Part shown: piece after piece, positions 1 to 13,753 of the stretch
Numbering within the stretch: position 1 is the stretch's first letter
Layout: every line of letters starts with the position of its first letter
Assembly (NCBI RefSeq): GCF_009914755.1
Contig: NC_060931.1
Length of the DNA stretch: 64,000 nt
DNA from: the human T2T-CHM13v2.0 reference genome, Homo sapiens
Reading direction: 5' to 3' (one strand)
Program-made: the position numbers and the translations under genes
The notes under the pieces: model-generated
The model's input: the letters and a program-made list of their open reading frames with translations, nothing else
What the model was told of the DNA's origin: nothing
The model's database searches: none

Positions 1-551
1 TTCTTTTCCTCCTTGCTGCCTGCTGACAAGAGGCAGCCAGCCGACCACTTGAAAGGGAGCCGGTACAGTTAGGCTGGGAGGGAAACTTGGATCACAGCCT
101 GGAGATGGTGCGGTGTCCAGCCACTCTGCCGGGAGCTGGGCACTGTGTCTGACACACCGTTGCTGCTGGCCACTTCTAGCATTATTATTTCTGCTCTTTC
201 CTTTCCTTCATCATATGCTCCTGGAAGGGGCTCAGAGGTGTCCCCACCTTGCCTGTCCTGGAAAGTTGTCTCAGAAGGCCCTGTCCCGGTGGAAAGTGCT
301 GGTGGCTCTGGGTGTCTGGGCCTGAATGGTGGGGTGTGGTCCGCTTGGCTCTGAGCAGAGCGCCTCCATGACAACGCCACAGTGTGCAGGGAAATGGGGG
401 TGGGTGTGGGGGAAGCTGGGGGGTACCCCCACTCCTACTACCTTGAGCTCAGACCACCCTCTGCAACTTCCCTGGGGACCCCCACGGCCATGGGCCCTGG
501 TCCAGTGGTGGGCTCTGCTCAGCCCAAGGGCTTTTGGATTAGAGTGTTACC

Positions 552-905
552 AGCTTCCTGAGCCCATCCCCACCGCCTGACCTCGGCCTTGGCCTCCTGA
601 ACTCATTCTCAGCCTCCTGAGCTCGTCCTCAGCCCCCTGAGCCCATCCTCATCCTCCTGAGCTCCTCCCCAGCCTCCTGAGCTCCTCCTCAGCCCCCTGA
701 GCCTGTCCCCGGCTTCCTGAGCTCCTCCCCAGCATCCAGAGCCTGTCCCCAGGCCCTGAGCCCATCCTCAATCTCCTGAGCTCTTCTTCAGCCTCCTGAG
801 CGGGTCCTCAGCCTCCTGAGCGAGTCCTCAGCCTCCCAAGCCTGTCCTCGGCCTTCTGAGCTCCTCCCTGCCCTCCTGACCTTGTTCCTGGCCTCCTAAG
901 TTCAT
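552..905. repeat. Degenerate ~20-bp tandem repeat (CCTCCTGAGCTCCTCCTCAG-like)
   Basis: CCTGAG(C) recurs with ~20-bp periodicity over about 17 diverged units. Confidence 0.9.
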
Positions 906-2489
906 CTTAGCTCAAGGAGAAGGTCTTGGCTCCTCCTGCCTCCAGCAGCCCCTGGACTAGATGCCTAGTTTATCAGCAACCCAGATCTGAGCCTCCTATC
1001 TCAGACCCTGGACCATGGAGCTGTGGGCACCAGGGAAAGCTCTGGGGCCTGCTTGGCTTAGATAGGACCATCGGCCCCAGTGCTGAGCCTGGCTTAGGGC
1101 CACCCAGGGACGTGTGCTCTTCATCACTTCCTTCAAGCCAGTATCGCAGTGTCAGGAAGACCCGCTCTGTCCTGGTCACAGCGGTTCCCTCCTGCAGGAC
1201 CCTCAGAGCCACAGGGCAGCAGAGAGACCTGAGCAGATGGTCCTGGTTCCACGGGGCTCCCCTATGTCACCCTGGACCCAGTAATTAGACTCTTCGGGTA
1301 GAAAGCTCCAAGGATCAGTGAGGTCTTGGGGGCTAAAGAGGCGCACACAATGATTGCTTTATCTCCCTCAAATATGCAGAAAATGAACTCCATCAGCACA
1401 CACGGGCCGCAGGGCTTTGTGGGTCCCCAGGGCCCCCTCTGAATTACACTTTTGTTTTCCTGTGGGAGCAGCTTGTGCTCATTAGGGGAAGGCCAGGTGC
1501 CCGTTCATCTGGTCAGCCCCCATGCAGCCTGTTGGAGCAATGGGCAGGTGGCCAGGAGTTTGCCCCACATGTTTCTTTCTGAGTCTTTTGTCCAGCTGAG
1601 AACTTTCTACTTGATCTGTGCAGGATATCTGAGCAAGGCTGACCACTGCCCAGGCCCTGCATCTGGGCCCACAGAGGCCTCGAGCTCCACCCGTGGTGTC
1701 CCTTTTAGCTTAAAGCTGTGATCCCTCCCCTCTGCCATTGCTGGCAGATTTCCAGCCAAGGCCCAGACAAATTTCTATCAGGGGGTTTGAATGGGGTGTG
1801 CCTGGAGCAGAGTTTTGAGCAGGACCTGAGGAAGAACAGGGTCCCCCACAACACGGGTGCTGGGAGATGCTTCCTCTAGGCTGCATCCTGATGGGGCCCC
1901 ACTGGGGATGCTCCAGCCAGCGGGCACTTCAAAAGGTCCCTCCGCTGCTCTGCTGAGGACAGTGATGATTCCTCAGCGTGACCACTCAGGTCCTTCCTTT
2001 TCCCCAGTGCCCAGAGCCATGTGCTGCCTGGGGATTCTGCTCTGTTACTTGGGACCCACCAGTGCCCATGGCAAGAGCTGCAGGCTCAGTGCAGCATCGG
2101 CCTTGGGACCTCGAGGGAGTGCTCAGCCACCCACCAGGTGACCCACCTGCCCCAGGGCCATCAGGCCACCAATGGTGGGGAGAGAAGGTGACAGAGGATG
2201 CAGGTGGCTGTCTGGGCCGTGTCTGCCTGGGGTGTGGAAGATGTCAGGGAACACAGGCCCCAGTCGGATGCAGACTCAGCTCCTAGTTGCTTTCGTGCTG
2301 ATGGAGTGGTGGCCATGGACGGCACTGACACCCAGAACAGGATGTGTGGCCCGTGCCTGGGGCACACAGACCCCAGCATCTGAGCCCGCCTGTCGCTGGT
2401 GGGGGAGAGGGTACCGCAGGTGTCTAACGGGGGCAGAGGGTAGACAACAGCTCCCTCCAGAAGTCACTGCCCATCCAAGTCACGAAGCT

Positions 2490-2885
2490 TCCCATCAGTC
2501 CCCTGCTGCCATTATAACGGGCTTTGCTCAAAACAATGCCTTCGCCCTCTCCCAGCTCTGGAGGTGAGCGGTCTGGAACAGGCCTCACTGGGCTAAAACC
2601 AAGGTATCAGCCAGGCCTGGCCTCCTGGAGGCTCCAGCAGCGTCCCCTCTTCCACTCCTAGAGGCCCCCACGTTCAGCCAGTGTTCCTGGACCCTCCAGC
2701 GGCTGCCTTCCTAGTCACGTGGGCTCCCCCTGCAGTCAGATCCCTCTCGGGACATGTCATTGCCCCGGCCTCACTCAATACTGCAGGATGCTCTCCCCAT
2801 CCCCAAGCCCTTAATTTATCCACATCTGCACAGATCCCAAGGATTCTGACGTGGACATCTCCAGGGCCATCAACCTCCTACCACA
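2490..2885 (-). mobile_element. MLT1-type MaLR solo LTR (MLT1C/D-like), decayed
   Basis: Motifs ctcactgggctaaaaccaaggt, cacatctgca...gacgtggacatct and a ctaccaca terminus resemble the reverse-strand MLT1 consensus. Confidence 0.7.
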
Positions 2886-3440
2886 GCATTCCCTGGCCTC
2901 AAGGGCGGACCAGCTCAGCGTGGGAAACGCCAGGGTCCGGGCCGGCCTCATGGCCTCCAGGCACCCTCTCCCATCCACTCTCCATCAGGCACCAGGCAAG
3001 TCTCAATCCCCAAATCCCTTTGGCGCCGTGGCCGTAAAGAGAAAACCCAGCCTGGGTGTGGCCCCCACCTCCGCGGCTGCAGCCCTGCCCTCCCCGAAGG
3101 CCGCTCCCCCTCCTGCTGCCGAGCCCAGGTCATGGCCTCAGCTCCAGCTTCTCACCGTTCCCAGGTTTTGCAAACTCTCTTGGGCCCTGTGTCTCACCTG
3201 CTTCTCCTAATTCTTACGTGGAGTCATGGAGGGTCCCCATATTGGGTTTTAGGGTTCAGAAGCAAACCCAACCCAGCAGGCTCCTCTCCTAGGAAGACCC
3301 CATCAGGGACCCCTCCCTTTCCACTGCTCTGTGAGCCTGCAGGGCCCAAGGTGGCCCTGATCTGACAGCATCTCTGTGTGGTAGGGAGGGAGCTGCGGGT
3401 GAGCAGCCAGTAGCACTCGTCTCACGCCCTCCCCAAGGCC

Positions 3441-3677
3441 ATGTGTGTCTATGTCCACGTGTGTCTGTAGGTGTGAGCGTGTCTGCACATGTACATCTGG
3501 GTGTAGATATGTGTGTGTCCATGTGTCTGTGTGTGTCTATGTCCCTGTGTGTCTGTCTGCATGTGTATATGTGTGTCTACATATGTTGTCTCCATGTCAG
3601 TGTGTGCCTCTATGCATATGTACATGTGCTTCTGTGTGCATGTCCATGTGTTTCTATGTGTCTGTCTGCATGTGTCT
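3441..3677. repeat. (TG)n-rich low-complexity tract
   Basis: Alternating purine/pyrimidine tgtgtgtct/catgtg units. Confidence 0.95.
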
Positions 3678-4129
3678 AAGGCTCACAGGACAGAAGCCAC
3701 AGCCCCACTTCTGTCAGGGCCATGGGGAGGTCAGTGTTCTGGAAAACACGTCCCCCAGGGGTCTCTGACTCACAGAACCACTTCCTCATGCCCTCTCTGC
3801 CCCCACAGTTGGGGAGCACAGGCGCCCACAGCTCAGACCCACAGCTGTGACTCACCCACCTGCTGGTCTCCAGCTGGGCCACTGCCCAGGAAGGGTAGCT
3901 GAGGACAGAGAAGGAGCCCACAAGCAGGCAGGGTCCCAGGCAGGGTCTCTCTGGGCCTGCACACAGCCTGCTGACTGGCCCTGGGCAGCCCTTTTCTCAC
4001 AGGACAGGAGGCCTCCAAAACCCTTTGTGCCCGAGGCCCAAGAGCACTGGGAAAGGCCTGTGAGGCTGGGCGGCCACGCAGGCCTCTCACCCCCGGCCAG
4101 TGCTGGCCAACAAGTGAGCCAGATGGCAT

Positions 4130-4610
4130 TTCATTGGGTCTTGATCTCCACATGTCCAAGTCTGCAAACACTGCTTCACATCTGCTTCTCCTGAAGGAGA
4201 TGCCCCTTCATGTCTCGGGGTCTTTTTCTCATTCTTACTGATTTATAGAAATTCCTTACACATTCCTGAGGCCTACCCTTCGTTAGTTATGTCCCCGGTG
4301 AGTATCCTCTCATTTTTAGCTTCTCTTTCATTTTCTTTGAGGTTATTTTTGACCAATAGTTTTTTAAATGTACTCACATTTTATCAGACTCCTATTTTAT
4401 AGCCAGGGCTTCTTACAATGTATTTAAGAAATCCTTCCCTACAGCCAAGGTCATAAATTGTCCACCTACATTTTCCAGACAAACTTTTAAAGGAAAACTC
4501 TTACATAAGTTCTTGCCCCATCTGGGGCTTTGTGTATGTTGGGAAACAGGGATCTTATTTCTTTTTCCATATGGAAAATCATTTTCCCACACCCAGTGAT
4601 TGCTCTGTTC
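4130..4610 (-). mobile_element. Old L1M (L1ME-like) ORF2 3' fragment
   Basis: T-rich; atttaagaaatccttccctacagccaaggtcataaa matches antisense L1 ORF2 sequence. Confidence 0.65.
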
Positions 4611-4899
4611 TTGCGGGAAGGGAAACTCCACAGGAGAACAGGGCAGCAGGGCCCCAAGGAAGGACGAGTGAGGCCCAGCCCAGCTGCCTGCCCCAGGAGT
4701 TGTGAAACTCCAGGATGAATTCAGCATGGAACAACTTTAATCCATTCTAATCTGAGGATAAAACTCAGAGAAGTCTTTGCTCCAGGTGAGGGTGCAGTTT
4801 GCACAATTAGCTAAATGCTGTCAGTACCAGGCTTTGGGATTTTCTGTTCTCCTTTCAGAGAAAAGGGCAGGGCAGGAAATGCGGGCACCAAACTGAAGT

Positions 4900-5520
4900 G
4901 GGTGTGCACGTGTGTGCTTCGCTATGGGTGTGACTGTATGTGTCTCCATATGTGTGTCTCTGTGGACATTCAAGCATGTGTATGTGTCTTTCTGTGTCTG
5001 CATGTGCACACGTGTGTCTACGTGTGTGTGCATGTGTGCCTGTGTATATCTGTATAGCTGTGTGTGCATGTGTGTCTCTGTATGTGTGCCTGTATGTCTA
5101 TATGCATCTCTGTGTGCACATGCATCTCTATACATGTGTGCCCGTGTGCATGTGCACGTGTGTTCATATGTGTAAGTGTGTGCACATGCATGTCTGTATG
5201 TGTGTGCGTGTGTTTCTGCATGTACATGTGCACATGCCTTCATATGCATATGTAGCTGTACCTGTGCATGTCCGTGTCTATATGTGCACATACATGCATG
5301 TATGTGTGCACGTGTGCCTCTGCATGTGTATGTGTCTGTGTATAAGTACGTGTCTACATGTCTGTATGTAGGTGCCTGTGTGTACATGAGTGTATGTGTC
5401 TCTGGGTGTGTGTGGTACATGAGCAGGTATAGGTTTGTGCATGTGTATGAGTGTCTGCATGTCTGTATGTGTGTGCCTGTGTGTGTGTGTGTATGTGTCT
5501 GTGTGTCTGTGGTTGTGTGA
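4900..5520. repeat. (TG)n/TGCA-rich low-complexity tract
   Basis: About 620 bp of tgtgtgca/tgtatg units; source of the Cys/Val- and His/Thr-rich ORFs. Confidence 0.95.
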
Positions 5521-7706
5521 TGGGCTGACTTGGTGCTGTGAGGATAAAGATGTGCTTCTCCAGGCCCTATGAGGCCCAACCCCCTGAGCATAGGGAGACC
5601 TGCCCTCACATTTTGTGTGGAGAACAGCAGGTGAGGGTGGGCACTGGAGTGCAGATGGCGGGAGGGCGGCCTCAGCCTGTGGAGTCTGCAGAGGGGATGG
5701 GGGTGTGTGCTCCCAGAGCTGTGCTCTTTTCCTTTTGGAGGCAGATTCCGTATCCTAAGCTGGAGTTCAGTTCTGAGGCTTTGGGTCCAAAACCTTCTCA
5801 GTTGTAGGGTCAGGAGCAGGGGCACCAGGTCTGGGGACAGAACGTCGGCAGGTGGCTCCTGTCTCGTGCAGATGTGGTGCCTGCCTCACCCCATTCTCTG
5901 CCAGGACCCTGCAGGTTCGGATGCACATCAGGGACAGTGGCTCCCACCTTCCCTGCTCCTAACTCTTCTGTCCTCCCAGGCACGCCCCACCTCCAGCCCT
6001 GGGCTCACCCCAACCATCACTTCAGGCAGGAGAGTCCCCATTTGTGGCTACTAGTTCATTCATTCATTCAGAAGGGCCCCGGCCATCAGCCACCCTCAGA
6101 GCGGAGTGCAGCTCCACCACTTCGGCCAGGTGACCCTAGTCACGTTCATGAATCTCCCAGCCTCTGATCCCACCTCTCTCAGTGGGGCAACAGCACCCGG
6201 TGCGCAGGGTGGCGGCCCAGGGTGGCCGTGGAGTGAGTCACTGGGGAGGGTTCCTGGGTCCTGGGCATCTGAACTGGCTGCACTCGGAAACCCCAGTGCA
6301 AATGGGGCAGAGCAACAGTGCGTCTGTGGCAATGGTCCTGGGAGCAACGGTACGTCTGTGGCAACGGTCCTGGGCCCACAGCACAGTCCCAGGCATTCAC
6401 TGAGTTCTCAATTAAATCAAAACCCCCTTCCACAGAAAGCCCCTCTCCACACTCAGAGGAGGCGGAGAGGCTGGAAGTGTCTCTTAATGAACTGTTTACT
6501 GCGAAATGCCTTTCACCTTCCAAGCTGCAGTCTTAGAATTAAACCTGGCATTTGAATGCAATCATGAAGAGAGGGGAGCTCCTCTGTCAGCCAGCAGGAC
6601 ACGATGAAAATCCAATTAAGTTGTGCATGTTAATTCCCCTGCCTGCCTGGGCTCATTGCTGGATGAGGGAGGGGGAGCACGCAGTTTTCTATAGTTTATC
6701 TGCACAGCCCAGAGGCAGGTGTTTTACCCGCTGACAATAAAACCCAACAGAGCTGTGACCAAGTGGGTGAAAATAGCAAGTCATTAAAAACGAGCATCTT
6801 GAATGCCCATCTTTCAATAACGTAGACGGAAAGTGCTGGAATGAAGAGATTAGGGAATTAATTGTATTGAGGATCCTCTCACTAGCAGACCCCAGGGCAG
6901 GAAAAGTGTCTGGCCACCTGCCAGGACCATACAATGGGATTATGTGGGCCCCAAGAGAAGGAACCTGGCTGGACACCCCTGTTGGTTCAGCAAGGAACCA
7001 GCCCAGATTTTTGGAACCTGAAAGCACTGAGGTCTTAAATCATGAAACTGGGCTTGAAAGAAAAGCACAAAAATAAGAAAATAAAAGAGAAAGAAAGAAA
7101 AGAGAAGGGAAGAAAGCCAGGGCCCTCGTAAGGTTCTTGGTCTTCCGGGGAGAACAGGAAAATCCACCTCGGTTCATTTCTTGGAACTCGATGAGAAAAC
7201 AGAGGTACTGTCTTCACTTGAATTAATTTTTACATTTAAAATCTGATAGTAAGAAGGAAAGGGTACGTTAGAACTGCAAGAAAATATATGCAGTAACTAC
7301 AGATTTTATCATCCAGTAACCTGGGACTCTGAGGGCAGGACATGCCTAGGACAGCAGGGTACGAGCACCCTGCAGAGCGGGCTGCCTCCTGAAGGGCCAC
7401 CCACACCAGGCACAGCAGGGGTGGTCAGGATCCTGTGCCCTCACTCCTTCTCATTCCCTGGGAACTGGCAGGACCATCGCTGCTCTGGGCCAGTGCTGGC
7501 CTGGCTCCTCACGAACGCAACACTGCCAGCTCTGCGCCCCTCAGACTGCTGGAAGCATCCCGTAGATCAGAGGATTCTGATCCCTGCCTCCAGGGATGGG
7601 GTGTCCACGGCACGTCTCCAGGTATGAACACACACAATTTGGCATGAACACATGCCTTTGGCGTTCTCTGGGACTAGACTGGGCAGATTAACAAGGTACC
7701 TTTAAA

Positions 7707-8008
7707 CAGGGGTGCCCAACCCCAAGTGTGGACAGGTACTGGTCCGTGGCCTGTCAGGAACTGGGCCGCACAGCCTCCCGTCGGATCAGCGGCGGCATTC
7801 GATCTCATAGGAGCATGAACCCTGTCGTGAGCTGTGCGTGTGAGAGGGATCCAGGTTGCGTGCTCCTTATGAGAATCTAACTAATGCCTGAGCATACGAG
7901 GTGGAACAGTTTCATCCCAAAACCATCCCCCCAACCCCACCCTCATCCCACAGTACGTGGGAAAATTGTCTCCCATGAAACTGGTACCAAAATGGTTGGG
8001 GACGGCTG
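7707..8008 (+). mobile_element. MER1B (hAT-Charlie MITE)
   Basis: TIRs caggggtgcccaacc / ggttggggacggctg; internal ctccttatgagaatctaa; near-perfect 8-bp TSD cctttaaa (7699-7706) / ccttaaaa (8009-8016). Confidence 0.9.
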
Positions 8009-10371
8009 CCTTAAAACACAACGTTGATTTATAGTAAAGGAGCAACAGGCACCGAAATTCACACTCAGGAGAGGAGCCGTGCGAGCTAAAGGAACACAGT
8101 CCGTTCCCGTCCTGCAGGAAGCCATCAGCGCTTCTCAAACGTGACGCGGTTCTCACCTAGTCCAGCGGCTATTTCTCCTCCCACTTTCCTGGAGGAACAC
8201 CGCTGCTAGGCCCTAGGTTTCTGACAGCTCAGCCACTTAAAAGTAGGAAATCCAGCTGCCTAGGACCCATCTTGGTCTGTCCTTCACTCAGTGTGACCTG
8301 GAGGTTCCTTCGCCTTGTTATGTGAATGTTACGATCTCACACCCAGAATGCAGCAAACATGAAAACCTGTCATTATGAATGTGGATTCCTCCACAGAATA
8401 GATGCCTAAATCATGGCATACGGTCTAATTAAATGGAATATTAAAATGAATGAGCTAGAATTTATAAATCAACATAGATAATCTAAGAACAAATTAAATA
8501 CAGGGACTCCAGCAAGATGGAGAACTAGGAAGCCCCAGGGAGTCCTCGTTCCCCCACCGAGACACTGGTTAGCAATAATCTATGGACAGAACAGCCAGTG
8601 TGAGAACCCCAGAATCCGATTAGGAGGTTGCAGCACCCCCTGTGAGTGCAAAGCCCAGAAGGGCCACATCTGAGCAGATAAGAAAAAAAGTCACAGCATT
8701 TTGTGCCCTGGTGCCTACTGCTCCCTGGCATGATAGGAGCCCTCAATGCCCTCAATGCTTGGCTGCTCTCTAGAGAGGGAGAGTGAAGAGTGGAACATGC
8801 ATCCAATGTTCTCGCTTTTCAGGGGGCTGCCCATGGGACTGGTATCTGCCTCACCTGACTCAGAGCACTGAGGGGAACTTGCAGAGCTTGAATGTCAGGT
8901 GAGGGGCTGCTGAGAGCAAAGACGAGCATCTTCGCTCAGCACAAAGGATCCTGCGGAGCCACAGACACCAGAGGACAGAGGCCTCCTGAAAAACATGGGC
9001 AAAACTCTAACTGGGAAACTACTTACACAAGCCCAAAGAAGATGCATCCCCAGAAAAGGCTGAGAAGTTCCAGAATCTCTACCTGGGCTGATTAGTGAAA
9101 GTACAAAGCAAGTTAACAAAGACTGCGGGAAGCACAATGTATTTGAAATGCCCAAATATCAATACAAGGTCACAAAGCATACAAAGAAACAGGAAACCAA
9201 GGCCCAGTCAAAGGAACAAAATATATCTCAGGAAATGACCGTAAAGACACAGAGATGAATTAACTGATCATTCAAGGTAACCTTCTTAAAGATGCCCAGT
9301 GAGCTAAACAAGAACAGAGACAACTGAACGAATTCAGAATACGACTTATGAACAAAATGAGATAACAACAGAGATAGAAATTATAAAAACTGAACAAAAC
9401 AGAAATTCGGAAACTGAAGAATAACTGAATTTTAAGATCAATAGAGGAGTTCAACAGCAGACTTGATCATGGAGAAAGAACCATCAAATTTGAAGAAAAA
9501 TTATCTGAAATTATTGAGTGAGAGGAGGGAAAAAAAGCATAAAGAAAGTAATGAGAGCCTGTGAGACTTACGGGAAACCATCAGGCAGAACAATGGAGGT
9601 TTTTTACCCCAGAGACGCTGTGGGTTTGATCCCAGGCCACTGCCATAATGTGAATACCACAGCAAGGTGAGTCACAAAATATTTTGGTTTCCCGGCGCAT
9701 ATAAAAGTAATGATTATACTATACTGTAGCCTGTTAATTGTGCAATAGCATTATGTATAAAAAAGTATATACCTTAATGAAAATACTTTCTTTGGCTAAA
9801 AATGCTAATGATCATCTAAGCCTTCAACAAGTCATAATTTTTTCATGATGGGGGCTCTTACCTCAGTGTTGATGTCTGCTAACTGATCAGCGTGGCAGTT
9901 GCTGAAGACTGGGGTAACCGTGACAATTTCTTAAGACAACAATGAATTTTGCTCTTCAATGGACTCTTTCCTTCACAAAAGACTTATCTGCGGTATGTAA
10001 TGTCGTTTCACAGCATTTTACTCACAGTAGAACCTCTTTCAAATTTGGAGCCAGTCCTCTCAAACCCTGCTGCTGCTTTATGTAATATTCTGAATACCTT
10101 GTTGTCACTTCAAGAATGTTTGTCTCTACCAGGAGTAGATTCCATCTCAAAAAACAACTTTCTTTGCTCATTCGTAAGGAGAAACTCCTCATTCATTAAA
10201 GTTTTACCCTGAGATTGCAGCAATTCAGCCACATCGTCAGGCTCCTCTTCTCATTCCAGTTGTCTCACCGTTTCCACCATCTGCAGTTCCTGCCTCCATT
10301 AAAGTCTTGAACCACTCAGAGTCACCTGTGAGGGCTGGGATTAAATCCCTGCAGACTCCTGTTCATGTTGA

Positions 10372-10810
<439 letters not shown>

Positions 10811-12233
10811 AGAAATGTACTTCTTAAATAATAAGATGAAAGTCAAAATTACTCCTTGATCTATGGGCTGCAAATGGATATTGTGTTAGCAGGCATGAAA
10901 ACAATATTAATTTAGTACATCTTCATCAGAGCTCTTGGGTGACCAGCTGCATTATAAATAACCAGTAATATTTTGAAAGACATTTTTTTCCTGTGCATAG
11001 TTCTCAACAGGGGGCTTAAAATATTCAGTAAACCGTGCTATAACAAATGTGCTGTCATCAAAGCTTTATGTGCCATTTATAGAGTGCAAACAGAGTAGAT
11101 GCGGCATAATTCTTAAGGGCCTTAGAATGTTCAATATGGTAAATAAGCATTGGCTTCGACTTAAAATCACCAACTGCGTTAGTAATTAACAAGACAGTCA
11201 GTCTGTCCTTTGCAGAATTGATGCCAGGTATTAACGTCTCCTCTTCAGCTCTAAAAGTTCGAGATGGCATCTTATTTCAATAGAATGCTGTTTCATCTAC
11301 ATTGCAAATCTGTTGTTTAGTGTAGCCGCCTTCATCAAGCAGCTCAGCTAGATCTTCCGGAGAACTTGCTGAAGCCTCTACATTAGCATTTGCTGCTTCA
11401 CCTTGTGCTTTTATGTTATGGAAATGGCTTCTTTTCTTAAGCATCATGAACAGCTAACTTCAAACTTTTCTCCTGTGGTTTCCTTACCTCTCTCAGCCTT
11501 CACAGAATTGAAGAGCGTTAAGACCTTGCTCTGGATTGGGCTTTGGCTTAATGGAATATTGTGGTTGATTAGATCTTCTACACAGACCACTACAACTATC
11601 TTCGTATCAGCAACAAGGCTGTTTTACTTTCTTATTTATGTGTCCACTAGAAGAGCACTTTTAATTTTCTTAAATAACTTTTCCTTTGCATTTATAACAT
11701 GGCTAACTACTTGGAGCAAGAGGCCTAGCTTTCAGCCTATCTTGGTTATTGACACACCTTCCTCACTAAGCTCACTAACGTCACTTCCAGCTTTTGACCT
11801 AAAGTGAGAGATGTGTGACTCTTGCTTTCACTTGAACACTTAGGTCATTGTAGGGCTATTAACCTAATTTCAATATTATTGTGTCTCAGGTAATAGGGAG
11901 GCTCAAGGAGAGGGAGAAAGGTGAAGGAATGGCCAGCTGGTGGAGCAGTCAGAACATACATAACATTTATCGATTCAGTTCACCATCTGATATGGTATGG
12001 GCAAGGCGCATGGCACTCCAAAACAATTGTAATAGTAACATTAAAGATCACCAATCACAGGTCACTATAACATATATAACAATAAAGAAAATTAAAATTA
12101 TTATTATAAATTGTACTAAAATGTGACACAGAGACAAGAAGTGAGCACATGCTGTTGGAAAAATGGCACTGGTGGACTTGCTGGATGCAGAGTTGCCACA
12201 GACTTTCCATTTGCAAAACAAAAACACAATGTC

Positions 12234-12540
<307 letters not shown>

Positions 12541-13435
12541 CCCACAATGTCTGTGAAGTGCAATAAAGCAAAGCACAATAATAAAAGATACGCCTGTGCA
12601 CACATTATGGGAGTTCCAGAATAGAGAGAGAAAGAGGTGAAGGCCTATTTGAAGAAATCATGGCTGAAAACTTCCCAAATTTGAGCAAAAGAATGGACAT
12701 AAGAGTTCAAGAAATTCAACTAGAATAAATCCAAAGAGACCCATTATCATCAAACTGTCAGAAGTCAAAGACAAAATAAGAATCTTGAAAACAGCAAGAG
12801 AAAAGCAACTCATCAGTGCAAGGGAGCTCCCATAAGATTATAAGTGGGTTTCTGAGCAGAAACTTTGTAGGCCAGAAGGGAGTAGAATGATATATTCAAA
12901 GTGCTATCAGAGTAAAAACAGTCAGCCAAGAACACTATATCCAGCAAAATTATCCTTCAAAAATCATCCCAAATAAACAAAAGCTGAGAGAATTCAACAC
13001 CACGAGATATTTCCTACAAGAAATGCTAAAAGGAGTTCTTCGAGTTGAAATAAAAGGACACTAGACAGCAATCCCAAACTACATGAAAATATGAAACTCT
13101 CTAGAAAAGGTAAATATATAGACAAATGTAGAATCCTGTACTATCATAATGTTAGTATATAAATCACTTTTAATTCTTGTATAGAATTTAAAAGATGAAA
13201 ACATTTAAAAATAATCATAGAACTCTGTTAATGGTTACACAATATAAAAGACATAATTTGCGACGTCAATAGCCGAGTGTAGGGGAGTGAAGGTGTAAAA
13301 GAGTACAGTTTTTGAGTGCAATTGAGGTTAAACTGCTATCAGTTTAAAATGGATCATTATAACTTTAAGATATTTTATGTAATCCCAAGGTGAATATAAA
13401 GAAAATATTTATAGAAGACATACAAAAGGAAATAA

Positions 13436-13753
<318 letters not shown>

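Noticed and set aside
69-380. 103-aa minus-strand ORF at the window start
   Set aside because: No recognisable domain or splice context; length expected by chance in GC-rich DNA.
4821-5825. 334-aa His/Thr-rich ORF and overlapping Cys/Val ORFs (also 3443-3902 and 22005-22943)
   Set aside because: Products of TG/CA low-complexity tracts.
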